From: Malacoraja senta
Taxonomy: Eukaryota
NCBI GenBank assembly: GCA_038087875.1
Contig: CM075996.1
Location: 3,412,001-3,476,000, forward strand
DNA length: 64,000 nt
Direction of reading: 5' to 3'
A program made the position numbers and the translations under genes. The notes beneath the pieces are model-generated. The model made no database searches, was not told the origin of the DNA, and saw only the letters and a program-made list of their open reading frames with translations. Within the stretch, counting starts at the first letter, position 1; every line of letters starts with the position of its first letter. Below are positions 24,650 through 36,825 of this stretch, piece after piece.

Positions 24650-26300
24650 TGTAGATGGTTTATGCATGCAACCAATCACATAGCTACCTCACCACTACTA
24701 ACCCCGCCTTAAGTATCATTTATAATAACGCCTGCTTCTCCTTCTGCGCAGTACAGTAGCAGACTGGAGTCAGTGACTACTCATGTATTGTTTAACTCTG
24801 TATACTTATTAAAGACTATTATAATGTCACACGTGTGTAATGACTATTTACATGGTGTCAGATAGCCCACGCACAATGCCAATTCTACTGGCCAGGAATG
24901 GCTAAGTACATTCGGGACCGTTTCTCGTCTTGCTCTACCTGCAACAGCCTCGCGTCCCACCAGCAAAGGCAGCCCCTTTTGCAACAACCCGCGCCTGCCC
25001 TGGCCTGGACCTCGGTGGCCGCCAACATTTTCGAGTGGCGTGGTAAACACTGCCTCGTCCTTGCTGACTCATACTCGAACTGGTTCGAGGTTGACCTTCT
25101 GACCTCCCTCACGTCCGAGATGGTCATCCGTAAGCTGAGGAAACATTTTTCCACTTTCGGCTCGCCTGTCCGTCTGCAGACCGACAACGGCAGGCAGTTT
25201 ACCAGCCAGGAGTTCAAGAACTTTGCCAACAAGTGGAACTTCCTCCACTTCACGAGCAGCCCCGAGTACCCGCAGAGTAACGGGCTTGCTGAGCGGGCTG
25301 TCCGGAGTGCCAAACTACTAATGGAGCAAGCACGCCTGGCGAACTCCGACTTTTACCTCGACCTCCTGAACCTAAGGAACATTCCCAGGGACGCAACCCT
25401 AGGCTCACCTGCTCAGCGGCTGATGTCCAGAACAACAAGACCACCGATTCCGATTGCTCAACACAAGCTGCTGCCTCGAGTGCTGGAGCCTGCCTCCGTC
25501 CAGATGCGCATTCAGGCTAAGCATGACATCCAAAGACGGTCACATGATAGATCGTGCAAGCCTCTCAAGCCTCTGCTGCCTGGACAGGCCGTTCGTCTAC
25601 ATACTGCTAGCGGATATTCGCGTCTGGCCACCGTGGTTGGCATTGCCGATGCGCCTCGTTCGTACCTTGTGGACTTTGAAGGGACTGTCTACCGCAGGAG
25701 TCGTCAGCAACTGCTTGCAGTTCAGGAGCCGCTCCCGCAGGCAGCCGGACCTTACGCTCCGCCACTGCAGTTCCAGCCATCCGCTGCTGATCCCGTTGCC
25801 GGCCCCTGCATGCCTCAGTCCCCTCGTGTGTTTTGTTCACCTTCGCATGGGTCGCCCATTGCTAACCGTTTTCCTAGCCCTCCTGCACGTTTGTCCCCCA
25901 TGCCGCTTTCGGTTTCCCCTCCGGCTTCGTCGCCTCCGGGTTTGGGTCTTTCTGGTGAGGGGGGGAGGGTTGGTCCGTACGCGCTCGGGCCGTGTCAGCA
26001 AGCCGTCTGTTCGGTATGGTGATTTTGTTTAAGTCGTTGCCATAGTTATCCACCATGTTTAATCATGTGTTCATGTTTAATCTTCTAAGGGGAAGGATGT
26101 AGATGGTTTATGCATGCAACCAATCACATAGCTACCTCACCACTACTAACCCCACCTTAAGTATCATTTATAATAACGCCTGCTTCTCCTTCTGCGCAGT
26201 ACAGTAGCAGACTGGAGTCAGTGACTACTCATGTATTGTTTAACTCTGTATACTTATTAAAGACTATTATAATGTCACACGTGTGTAATGACTATTTACA
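24650..26300 (+). mobile_element. Young internally deleted Gypsy LTR retrotransposon (1651 bp)
   Basis: 203-bp TG...CA LTRs at 24650-24852 and 26098-26300 with one visible mismatch; 5-bp TSD ctgat (24645-24649, 26301-26305); PBS tggtgtcaga; PPT aaggggaagga. Confidence 0.97.
24898..26022 (+). CDS. Gypsy integrase ORF (partial Zn-binding domain plus rve core), probably inactive
   Basis: YWPGM...CSTC, LVLADSYSNW, QTDNGRQF, YPQSNGLAERAV; the first catalytic D position reads N (VAANIF); the typical terminus TRSGRVSKP..RYGD is in another frame. Confidence 0.85.
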   Translation: MAKYIRDRFSSCSTCNSLASHQQRQPLLQQPAPALAWTSVAANIFEWRGKHCLVLADSYSNWFEVDLLTSLTSEMVIRKLRKHFSTFGSPVRLQTDNGRQFTSQEFKNFANKWNFLHFTSSPEYPQSNGLAERAVRSAKLLMEQARLANSDFYLDLLNLRNIPRDATLGSPAQRLMSRTTRPPIPIAQHKLLPRVLEPASVQMRIQAKHDIQRRSHDRSCKPLKPLLPGQAVRLHTASGYSRLATVVGIADAPRSYLVDFEGTVYRRSRQQLLAVQEPLPQAAGPYAPPLQFQPSAADPVAGPCMPQSPRVFCSPSHGSPIANRFPSPPARLSPMPLSVSPPASSPPGLGLSGEGGRVGPYALGPCQQAVCSVW

Positions 26301-26580
26301 CTGATGTTTGTCGAAGGAACACAAAAACTGCAAATGGGTACAAATACAAGGACACTCAAAAACATAGCATTGTACAAGTTGAAAGATTATAATTTTTCCT
26401 GAGTCCCCACGATAATCTGAATAAACACTTAAAGCTGTGAAATAATGAATGTAATTATTTTCTGTGGCCACAAATATTACAGATGCAGGAAAGTCGGCTG
26501 AAATACCAATCTTTCAAAATTTCAAGGACTGAACAAAAGATATGTTGCAAAATAAAAAGTTTCTCACATTTATCAATAAA

Positions 26581-27195
26581 CGAGTTCGGTATTTAGACTG
26601 CGCATGCCCAGGTCATAGGTCACTCACCATACTCATTGTCGTTAGCGGATCTGCTGTGTGTTATCAGACCTTCGTTTCATTCGTATTTTCCAGCTTTGAT
26701 TCTTCTAGGTAAGAAAATACTGCTTTCAACCTATGAATTAGTTGTATTTATTGTTCCCTTGCATAAAGCTACGATGATTTTGTCGTTTTTGTTGCTTAAT
26801 GCTTCGGTGAGTGCTTTATGCTTCGTGCTGCTCCGTGGGGTCGGTGTATGTGGTCGAGGTCGTGTCTCCGGCGCTGCGGGCGCTGTCGAGTTGCTGCTTG
26901 GCCGTCCCGTCCCCTCCTGGGTGTCCCGTCCCTGTCCGGAGGTGTCGAGGTTCGATCCTGGCTGCGGATGAGGTGCGGGTCTGTGTGCGTGCTTCTTCCA
27001 CTCGCATCTGCCCCCTCTCTCGCTGTTACACCCCGCTCTCCCGCTACCTGGCACCCCCGATTAAATATATTTTTACACATTAATTATGAATAAAAATAAG
27101 AACTTATACACAGTTTCTTCAGCCAGCGATTCGTTCGCTTTTTCTTTATGGCATATGACCTTCGATTCCGTGCGTTTTTCAGAATACCGAACTCG
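26581..27195. mobile_element. MITE-like element with 13-bp perfect TIR, superfamily unresolved
   Basis: cgagttcggtatt (26581-26593) and aataccgaactcg (27183-27195); CpG-rich interior; no transposase; no clear TSD. Confidence 0.75.
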
Positions 27196-27239
27196 CTAAC
27201 TGGTTGGTCCCAACCCAATTGCTTCACATTATCACTGAC

Positions 27240-29145
27240 CCCAACTTAATTTACGAATTCGCAGATGACACCACCATAGTGGGCCGGATATCAGATAATG
27301 ATCAGACGGAGTACAAGAAGAAGTTTGAGAAACTCGTAACCTGGTGCCAAGACGAGAACATTTCCCTCAATGTCAGCAAGGCAAAGAAGATTGTAATCGA
27401 CTTCAGGTAGACATGGTTAATATCTTCAAGTTCTTAGGAGTAAATATCACCAGCAACTTGTCCTGGACCAGGCATACTGAAGCAATGGCCAAAAATGCAC
27501 ACCAACACCTCTTCTTCCTAAGAAGGCTTAGGAGGTTCGGCACACTCCCAACAACTCTCACCTATCCGAGTTGACTGTGCCTGAACCCCTCTGTCAGTGG
27601 ATCATCAGCTTCCTGACAGACAGGAAGCAGCATGTGAGGCTGGGAAAGCACATCTCGGACGCGCAAAAGCTCAGCATAGGAGCACCGCAAGGCTCCGTAC
27701 TCTCTCCCCTCCTCTCTCCACACCAACGACTGCACCTCCACAGACACCTCTGTCAAGCTTCTCAAGTTTGCGGATGACACAACCCTGATTGGACTGATCC
27801 AGGATGGGGAGGAATCTGCCTACAGACAGGAAGTGTCACAGCTGGCATCCTGGTGCCATCGCAACAACCTAGAGCTCAATGCTCTTAAGACGGTGGAATT
27901 GATTGTAGACTTTAGGAGAGCTTCCCCTCCCCTCACCCCACTCACCATCAACAACACCACAGTCACATCTCTGGAGTCTTTTAAGTTCCTGGGAACCATC
28001 ATCTCCAAGGACCTTAAGTGGGGGGCTACCATCGACTCCAGTCAAAAAGGCCCAACAGAGGATGTACTTCCTATGCCAGCTGAGGAAGCACAATCTGCCA
28101 CAGGCAATGATGGTCCAATTCTACACGGCCATTGTAGAGTCTGTTCTCACCTTCTCCATCAAGGTCTGGTTTGGCTCAGCCACCAAGCACGACACCCGGA
28201 GGCTGCAGCGAATCGTCCGATCAGCAGAGAAGGTTATTGGTTGCAACCTTCCCTCCATTGATGAACTGTACACTGCAAGGGCCAGGAAGCGAGCGGGCAA
28301 GATCATCTCTGACCCCTCTCACCCTGGCCACAAACTCTTTGAATCACTTCCCTCTGGAAGGCGACTCCGGACAGTCGAAGCTGCCACAGCCAGACATAAA
28401 AACAGTTTTTATCCACGAGTAGTTGCTCTACTCAACAGCCAAAAATCTGTAGCCTCCCTTTGATCTGGTATTTTGTTGGTTCACATGCTTGATCAATGGT
28501 GATTTATCATTAATGTTTTATTATTATTATTAATGTTTAGTGTTTTCCGAGTCATTCGTTACTGTCACTGTATGTCATGTTGTTACTTGTGGGCAGAGCA
28601 CCAAGGCAAATTCCTTGTATGTGAATACTTGGCCAATATACTTACTTACTATGTCTACAGATGGGCTGCAGAAAGCATTTTATGGCAATGCGGCACAGCA
28701 TGGTTTGAGACGAGTTCCATCCAAGATCGCAAAAAATTGCAGAGAATTGTAGACACAGCTCAGACCATCATGCAAACCAACCTCCATCTACACGTGACAC
28801 GACCTCGGCAAGGCCACCAGTATAATTAGTGTCTCCCTCTTCCCCCCTTCCTAACAGGCAAGAGGTACATAAGTAGGAAAGTGCATACCTCCATATTCAG
28901 GGACAGGTTCTTCCCAGCTGCTAACAGACAATTGAACCATTCTATTACCAACTGGAAAGCGGTCCTAACCTACCATCTACCTCATTGGAGACCCTTGGAC
29001 TATCTTTAATCGGACTTTATCTTGCACCAAACTTTATTGTGTATCTGCAAACTGTGGACGGCTTGATTGCAATCATGTAGTCTTCTGCTGACTGGATAGT
29101 GCAACAAAGAGCTTTTCACTGTACCTCGGTACACGTGACAATAAA
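27240..29145 (+). mobile_element. Older Rex1/Babar-like LINE 3' part, split by a younger insertion
   Basis: EFADDTTIVGRI, FKFLGVNI, HLFFLRRLRRFG; resumes at ~28653 (DRKKLQRIV) and ends in gtacacgtgacaataaa. Confidence 0.8.
27566..28648 (+). mobile_element. Young 5'-truncated Rex1/Babar LINE
   Basis: GAPQGSVLSPLL, KFADDT, FKFLGTII, FESLPSGRR; (TACT)n tail; possible TSD ctat (27562-27565, 28649-28652). Confidence 0.9.
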
Positions 29146-29148
29146 CAA

Positions 29149-29680
29149 ATTGATTGATTGATACTTCATTATCATGTGACATGTCAGTGAAATTCTGTTT
29201 TGCAGACCATACACATGGTATGCAGAGTCGCCACGCATAGGGTACTGACAAAGTTACAAAGTATTCATTATATTTCATTATTCAGTCCTCAATGGCCTCT
29301 TTGTTCTCAGCACCATTCACGTGCTGGTCCCACTTTGTTCTTGGTGGCATGTCCTCGACAGACCTCTGGCACCCGTTGCAGACCCATGCGACCTCCGGTA
29401 TCCACCGCGGCCCCGTCCGACCTCTGGCAGTCACCGTGAGCCCGTCCTCAGCTGCCCGCCACCTGGTCCTCTCTTGGATAGCTTAGTGGCGTTCATAGGG
29501 AGCTTTCGATGGCCTTCCTCGCAGACCCAGCGGCCCACCTCACTCTTGGCGGTTGAGAGGGTCTCTCGTCACTCTCACGGGTCCCAACAACGATTATTCC
29601 CTGGCAAGCTGGGTCTACCAGGCGGGTCCGACGTCTGCACCGGGAACATTCCCGGACGGGCTACCCGCCGGGAACTAATC
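29149..29680 (-). mobile_element. GC-rich non-autonomous retroelement fragment
   Basis: Short-repeat tail (aatc)n with a LINE-like 3' end on the minus strand and a CpG-rich body; no recognisable protein. Confidence 0.45.
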
Positions 29681-30149
29681 TAATTTATTTTATGCCCTCA
29701 ACTGACTCAGGAGGAAGATCACTATCCAGATCAGAGGTGGTCTTTTTTCAATGCTTGCTTTTCAGAACGATCATTTCTTACATCATGGCATCACTGATCA
29801 AGATAACCTTCCCCCCCGACCCCAAAAAAAATCATCCATCTTGAATCTGCAAGTAATTCCTTTTCTAATTGTCAAAATGACATTACCATGTGCACATTCA
29901 TCTTTAAAACATTCATATCTTTGAATACTTATACAGCATTAGTATACAATGCAAAACACAACACCTGGGAAATTGCAAATTTTTAGGCTTAATGCAAACC
30001 CATATCAGCCAGTCCAATGCAAATCACAATGATATTGTTACTTTAGCCAGTTTAGAAAAACATACCAATTCATCTCCCTATTTAAATATTCCAATGACCT
30101 GTATAGCACACTTTAAAATACTAGTGCGGGAACTGGCAAGTCTATACGA

Positions 30150-31150
30150 GAGGATTATTCAACCACAATGCTGACTGTATCCAGCTAGAACACTGTCAGT
30201 ATCTGCCAATGCGTGAGAAACATCCAGATATTGAATCTGCTCAAATCTTCTTGCTTGACAGGACCATTGGCTCAATTAGCACAATAGTAAAGAACAGCAA
30301 GTTCAGCAGAACAATACGAATGGTAATTGAGAGTGATGCATTCAGGGAGTGATGCCTTGATATTCAGGGATTAGAAATTCTGATATCCATAACATGCACA
30401 TGTTCTTCAATGTCAACATGGCCATCTATGGCCCTGATGTTTGGGACATAGATCGCCTTGACAGCAGTGAAGAACATGTGCACATCATGGATATCAGAGT
30501 TGCTAATCTACTACACCATCTGTTCTTCTTCCTCCACCATCTGTTCTCTAGATCTTAGGATTTTTGCTGGATCTCCATCTTCCGTGTCTGCAGATCTGTT
30601 TTATTCACCGTGAGGTACAGTACCTTCAACTTTAGGAATGTATTGCATATGCAGTTATTTAGCTCCTGGAACCTCTGGTTATTTTCAAACAAAACCAGTT
30701 ATTTCACAGGTGTCGATCATGGTTGCCCTCAGGGAAGTGCGTTGGTTGTGGATACTGTGCGGTTCCTATTGGCTAGGAGGGCGTTCTTTCTTCAGACCAT
30801 TTTTCTCATGGCAGCATTTTGGAGATATGTTGATGGAGATGACAGAAGAGATGAGGGAGTGATCAGTCCACCTGTCATTGTACAAGTGATGCAGAGATCC
30901 TTATGGTCCTTTACTCAATGATGTAAGCTAATAGGTGCCAGTGTCAGGACAAAGCTATTATCAAGAGATAATATTCTCATCTTTCTAATGAAATAAGGCA
31001 GTGGTTGTGACAATATTGTGCTCCAAACATTTTGCTGATCAGAAATTGCATCTTCATGCTGAAGTTATCCAGGAAGATCAGTTTGTCTCCCTTTAGCTTA
31101 AGGGCCAGACTTCCTCCTTGGTCTGTGTAGGAAGTCCACCGTAGTCATCC
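30150..31150 (-). mobile_element. Very old RTE-like LINE remnant
   Basis: Minus strand near 31070-31100 reads GDKLIFLDNFS (endonuclease GDFN region); the rest is strongly decayed. Confidence 0.45.
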
Positions 31151-31341
31151 AGCTAATTTTATTGTTCGTATCACTTTGTTATCAACCCGTCCACAACCAA
31201 AATTTGACCTTTCCTGGGTCATCGATGCCGGTTCTGATCTGTTCTCTACACTTTCTTGCAGATGTCAAATGCAAGGCCTGTTAATTACTACGCCTCAATT
31301 GAATAAGTCAATTGTGACCTGGAGTTCTGTCTCCAAATGTA

Positions 31342-31507
31342 CAGTGCCCTTCATAATGTTTGGGACAAAGACCCATCGTTTACTTATTTGCGTCTGTACT
31401 CCACAATTTTTTTATTTGTAATAGGAAAAATCACACGCGGTTAAAGTGCACATTAACAGATTTTAATAAAGGCCATGTTTATACATTTTGGTTTCACCAT
31501 GTAGAAG
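31342..31507 (+). mobile_element. Solo Tc1 TIR fragment
   Basis: TA|cagtgcccttcataatgtttgggacaaagaccc matches the TIRs of the other two Tc1 copies. Confidence 0.9.
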
Positions 31508-31997
31508 TTGGCGGACTCTTGCTGGGGACCGACTTTGGGAGCTCCAACCACAGGAACCTGCAGGACCTAACATTGTGGAGCTGGCGATCCCTGTCGGGGA
31601 TCGACCTCGGAAGCTCCAACCGTGGGAGCCTGCGAACTTTAACATCATGGAGCTCATCGTCCCTGGTTAGGGTCCGACCGGGAGCTCCAGGCCGCAGGAG
31701 CTTCGACCACCCCGATCGCGGGAGCTGCGACCGCCCCGACGTGGGGGCTTCGTTCGCCAGTTGTGGGAGCTTCGATCGCCCCGACTGCGATGGTTCAACT
31801 GCCCCGACCGCGGAAAAATAAAGAGGGAAGATTAGACTTGATTGCCTTCTATCAGTGAGGAATGTAGAATCTGCTAAGGTGGATGTTTATGTTAACTTTT
31901 ATGTAGTTGTGTGTCTTGTTGCTTTTTGTATGGCTGTATGGTAAATCAAATATCACTGTACCTCAATTGGTACACGTGACAATAAAATACCTTGAAC
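31508..31997 (+). mobile_element. GC-rich non-autonomous retroelement (3' part)
   Basis: Internal short repeats (gggagct..gac/tcgccccgac); 3' end tcactgtacctc..ggtacacgtgacaataaa shared with the Rex1-like tails at 29120-29145 and 36780-36810. Confidence 0.65.
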
Positions 31998-32277
31998 ATT
32001 CTCTGGAGCCACATTTCGGTGAAGGTTGGCATCAGTGATGAAATATACCACTATCTTCATTGGTTCAGCACAACATTTGGTTGACTGAGAGAACGGGCCT
32101 TAAAAACAAAAATCAAGACTTCAATCATGGCACAAAAATAATTATTTACTACGTATCAGTGCTCCTTGCCCCCTAATGTACCTCAGAGATTTGAAATACC
32201 TACAGCAGGTAATTCAAAGCACTGTCATAGTCTCCACAGATACATATTCTTCAAATTCACTGGAAGGTTGTGGAAAA

Positions 32278-33291
32278 GGTTCCGGAAGTGGCGGCGCTGT
32301 CGTACAGCAGCGGCTCGCCTGCAGTCCGTCTGTTTTTACTTTTTTTGTTGTTTTCTTTTGTCCTGTTTTAGTTAAATTTTAGTTTATTGGGTTGTGTATG
32401 TGTGGGGTGGGGGGGGGTGAAACATGACTTTTGTCTCTTCCTTCAGGGGAATGCGACTTTTTCTTGTCGTATCCCCCTTCTCTGCCTCCGTCTGCGCTGA
32501 GGCCAAAATGGCGGAGCTGCCGGCCTCCAACTCCAACTGCGAGCGACCGACCTCGAGGCTCCGGAGGCAGAGCCAGGACTTACCAGCGCGAGGCTGGCCA
32601 ACTTCGGGGCTGCGGTGGCGTTCCGGCGGTGGCGACCGAGGACACTGGTGGCGACCTGAATCCGGAGGCTCGGCCGCAGCTGGCCCAGTGGACGACATCT
32701 TCGGGAGCGCGAGGCTGGCCAACTTCGGGGCTGCGGTGGCGTTCCGGCGGTGGCGACCGAGGACACTGGTGGCGACCTGAATCCGGAGGCTCGGCCGCGG
32801 GCCCAGTGGACGACACCGTCGGGAGCGCGCAGGTCACAGGTTGGTGACCTGTTTTTCTGGGGCTCCCGCAACTACAGCTGCGTCCGCTGGACTGGAGGGC
32901 GGCAGCTTCGGCAGCTTCGACCACCCCGGGCCGCGGAGTTTGAGCCGGCCCGTCGCGGAGCACGGATTCGGGCCGCGGAGTTTGAGCCGGCCCGTCGCGG
33001 AGCACGGATTCGGCCGCGGGACTGGCTTACCGTCGCCCGGCGGGGTCACAGCATCAGAAGCCTGGATCGCCTCAGCGCAGAGGGAGAACAAAGCGGGAAG
33101 AGACAGAGACTTTAAGACTTTTGCCTCCATCACAGTGAGGAGGTGCCTGGTGAACTCACTGTGGTGGATGTTAATTTGTGTTTATTGTGTGTTTTGTCAT
33201 TTATTATTATATGTATGACTGCAGGCAACGAAATTTCGTTCAGACCGAAAGGTCTGAATGACAAATAAAGGAATCTCGAATCTCGAATCTC
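32278..33291 (+). mobile_element. Young GC-rich non-autonomous retroelement with internal tandem duplications
   Basis: Possible TSD gaaaa (32273-32277, 33292-33296); 121-bp and 42-bp internal repeats; 3' hairpin, aataaa and (gaatctc)3 tail. Confidence 0.75.
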
Positions 33292-36049
33292 GAAAATATC
33301 ATCCAAGGTCAAATTCCCGGCCTTGAGCATAATCACACTCAGTTGGCTCTATCGAGCAGACTATGCAGTTTGTGTCCTTGACATCACAAAACAAATATAT
33401 TATTCCCAACTCTGGCACAGAAAAGAGATTACCAAGCACACGGAATAGATTCAAGGATATTTTCAAACCCTCCTTGCAAATAAAAAGCATCAATCTATGA
33501 CTCATGAGAAGCCTTCTTGATCCAGAACTGTTCAAAGAGATAAGGAGCATTTGGAGTGGCACCGAGTATCCCGAATGACCAATATGTAGGCCATACTCCG
33601 AAATACCATGTAAATTACGGAAAGTATACTACTTTACAAACTATCCACTTGCCCATCCTGCAACCCTTACTCCCTCTGTGAAAGAGTCAGCGGTTCACAC
33701 ATGGTACTCCTCAAATAACTCAGAACCCATGGAACTGGAATAGAAGTCTTCCTCAATATCAAGGGATATTCTAAGGAAGAGGAGCATGTTAAATGCTCTA
33801 TAGTTTATAACAATACTCTCCAAAGACAGTATGGGGATGGTTGGATAATCAGTCGATTCCCTGAGTAACCAAAAATCTATTGACCCATCTTCAATGAATA
33901 TGACTTCAATTCATGAAGATTCACAATTCTTAGGCAAGAATATTTCCCTCAAAGTCCTAAATAGTTAATTCGTTATTCTGAGATAAATTCTTTATTTTAC
34001 TTGACAAATGATCAAACCTGACAAAAATACTGATACATTTATTCCCAAGACAATGTATTTTCAGAATTTCATACATCGAATTTAAATTTATTTGTTCAGA
34101 CATTAGTATTGGGGGTAAAAAAAAAAATTCAAAACTTTAAAATCCCAATACAGATCAGAGTAATATCCTGGATTTAAAGACTTAATTGGGAAAATAGCTC
34201 ATGTCAGGGGGACAAGTAAAAACAATACTGTAGTTCCAATACAAGCCAAGGTTAAACAATTACTTTTCATTTATGTCTGGAAGGAAATGTAAATTAAAGT
34301 CTCTTGTTAAAAATGACCCAAAAGGAACACAATTAATGCTCATTGCATGTCCAAATTATCTGCTTCAGACCTAACTGGAGGAGAACCTATGAACCAGCAG
34401 TTTTTAGCCACCTGACTTCTCAAGCCTCCTCACCAATGAATAAAATCATGGTTCACCTAACTGCATAGTACACTACACAATTCAATTTACAGCAGGAACC
34501 TTTCATTGCCTTGCTTTTCAAGTACCTACCTCCACCTTAAAACAGGTTTCCTCACATGAAAAAAAATTACTCGCTACATCCATCTTATCAAAACTTCTTA
34601 GGATCTTTTATGTCCCCATTACTCTTCCAAACTCAGGTGATGACAAGCCTAGCCTGTCCAACCTTTCCTCATAGGACAACACATCTCTGGAGAACATGGA
34701 TAGGTGACATTTCAGGTCAGGATCCTTATTCAGACTGAGCAGAGATCACGAAGGGAGGGAGAGTTTCACAGAACACACATCAGAGAACTTCTTCAAAGTA
34801 GGCATTCCTTATGCCTCTCATAGCTTTATATGCTTCTATCAGACCTTTATTTTGTCAAAATTGGATACATTTCTATTAGTTACTAATATTTCTATATTTC
34901 ATTTTACGTATACTTTGTACCATCCTTCACCTGTTTGGCTTCAAGATTTAACTTATCAAAGATTTTTTTTCCTCCTAATTACTTCGGATGGGAGCCTTGG
35001 AATAACCCTTCTACGTTGAAATATTATTAACTTCCCTATTAAAAGGTAACGGTATAAATACCACTTTTAAAAAAGCACGGCAATAAATTTGTGCAAGACC
35101 TCAGTAACTTGAAAGTCCAAGTTGAATTTTTTTTAGGACCCACAAAGATAATTACAGAATCATCTATCACCAAAAGTTCATTTTAAGAGCATTGCAAATT
35201 CTGCTGTGCAGTATCTGAACAACATGCACTTTTATACAACAATAGTCATTCCTCCTTACTTGCTCATAGCTTTGACTCGTTTTAGCACTAAGTACTAAGC
35301 AAAAGGGCAGGACAAATACAAGAGATGCTAATCAGCATCCGATTGTTGAGTAGTACGTAAATGATCATGCACCCACAGACATTGCTCAATTCCGCAGCAT
35401 GTGCTGCAACTCCAGTTGCCATTTCTCACGCCCAGCTCAGCTGCACTTCTGCTGCCCCAGGCATTAGTTCCTTTCGTTTCCAGGAGACGGCTGACAGTTG
35501 CTGAGCAACCAGACTAATAATTAGCTCAAAGTAGGCTAAAACAGTTGGGCAGAATGCCATTATTGAACAGAATAAATTCAGTTCTCCAAATCCATTGGCA
35601 GAATAAGCGAACCAGTGTTAGCATCCTCTCCCAAGCCAAGATCTCCACTGTTGAGGTTGTAATTCACTCCCGTGAGAAAACCATGTAGTTCACATGCCTG
35701 ATACCAGGTAACCAAAACAGACATGTATTTGGACCCCATTTCATTTCCTGTTGTGGTTGAGCACAGAGAGATCTTCTCAGAGCCTCTAAGAAAATGTAAC
35801 CACTTCTGATTTGTGGGAGTCACTGATAAATAACTCAGAATAGTGAACAAGCATGGCATGGAGAACTTCAAGTCCATTTCTTGGAGACGCGCAAAGGTCA
35901 AATGTAAATGAAGTGTACCCATTCTCAAACTATCCACATGCGTGCCCATGTCATGACAGTCTGCAGGATCAACAAAGAGGTCAGCCACCTCAGAACGTGC
36001 GATTCTCAACCCTGAGGGACAGCCTAAGAAGTGAACAAGGGACACAAGA

Positions 36050-36825
36050 TTCAGAAGCAAAACATGAGGAAGAAATAAGTGCAAAATATCTTTGAAGAAG
36101 CATGGTGGAATATATGCCCCAATTAGCATTAATTGCACCGAGGAAATGTTTGAGAACTTCAAGTTCGTTCGTGTTAAAATTACCAATGATCTGTCATGGA
36201 CCATCCATATTAATACAACAGTCAAGAAGGCACAGCAACGCCTCTACTTCTGTAGGTGATTGAAGAAATACGACATGCCTCCAATGGCTGTTACAAAATT
36301 CTACAGATCCACCATAGAAAGCATACTGTAAGGTTGCATCACAACTGGGTTTGGGAGCAGCTCTGCCCAAGAAATTAACTGGGAGATATTGCAGAGTTGT
36401 AGATGTAGCCCAGTGCATCACACAGTGTAGAATCCCCATGATCTACGCCATCTATACTACACAATGCTTCGAACAGTCTTGCCCAACCCATATCATTCCT
36501 TCTTCGCCAAAGGTATAGAAGTTTCAAAGCACATCCCACCAAACTCAGAAACAGCTTTATCTGTCATCAGCTTCCATAAGCTAGAGTACTGTCTGATTCA
36601 CCTCTACCCCATTGTAGACATTGGACTTTGTCTAAGGAACTGTTGCGCCACAATGCCAAGAACTATATTCTGTACTTTGTATCTTCCCCTTTGCACTGCC
36701 TAATGTTCTTGAGTTTGACTTGATTGTACTCATGTATTGTATTCTCTGATCTATTTGGAAAGCATGCAAAACTAAGTTTTTCACTGTACCTCAGTACATG
36801 TGACGATAATAAACCTAAACCCAAG
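36050..36825 (+). mobile_element. Decayed Rex1/Babar-like LINE 3' part
   Basis: aagaaggcacagcaacgcctctacttc (KKAQQRLYF) and the shared cactgtacctcagtacatgtgac tail. Confidence 0.75.

Noticed and set aside
32384..33218. Multiple overlapping 100-140 aa ORFs
   Set aside because: Stop-poor GC-rich repeat that is open in several frames on both strands.
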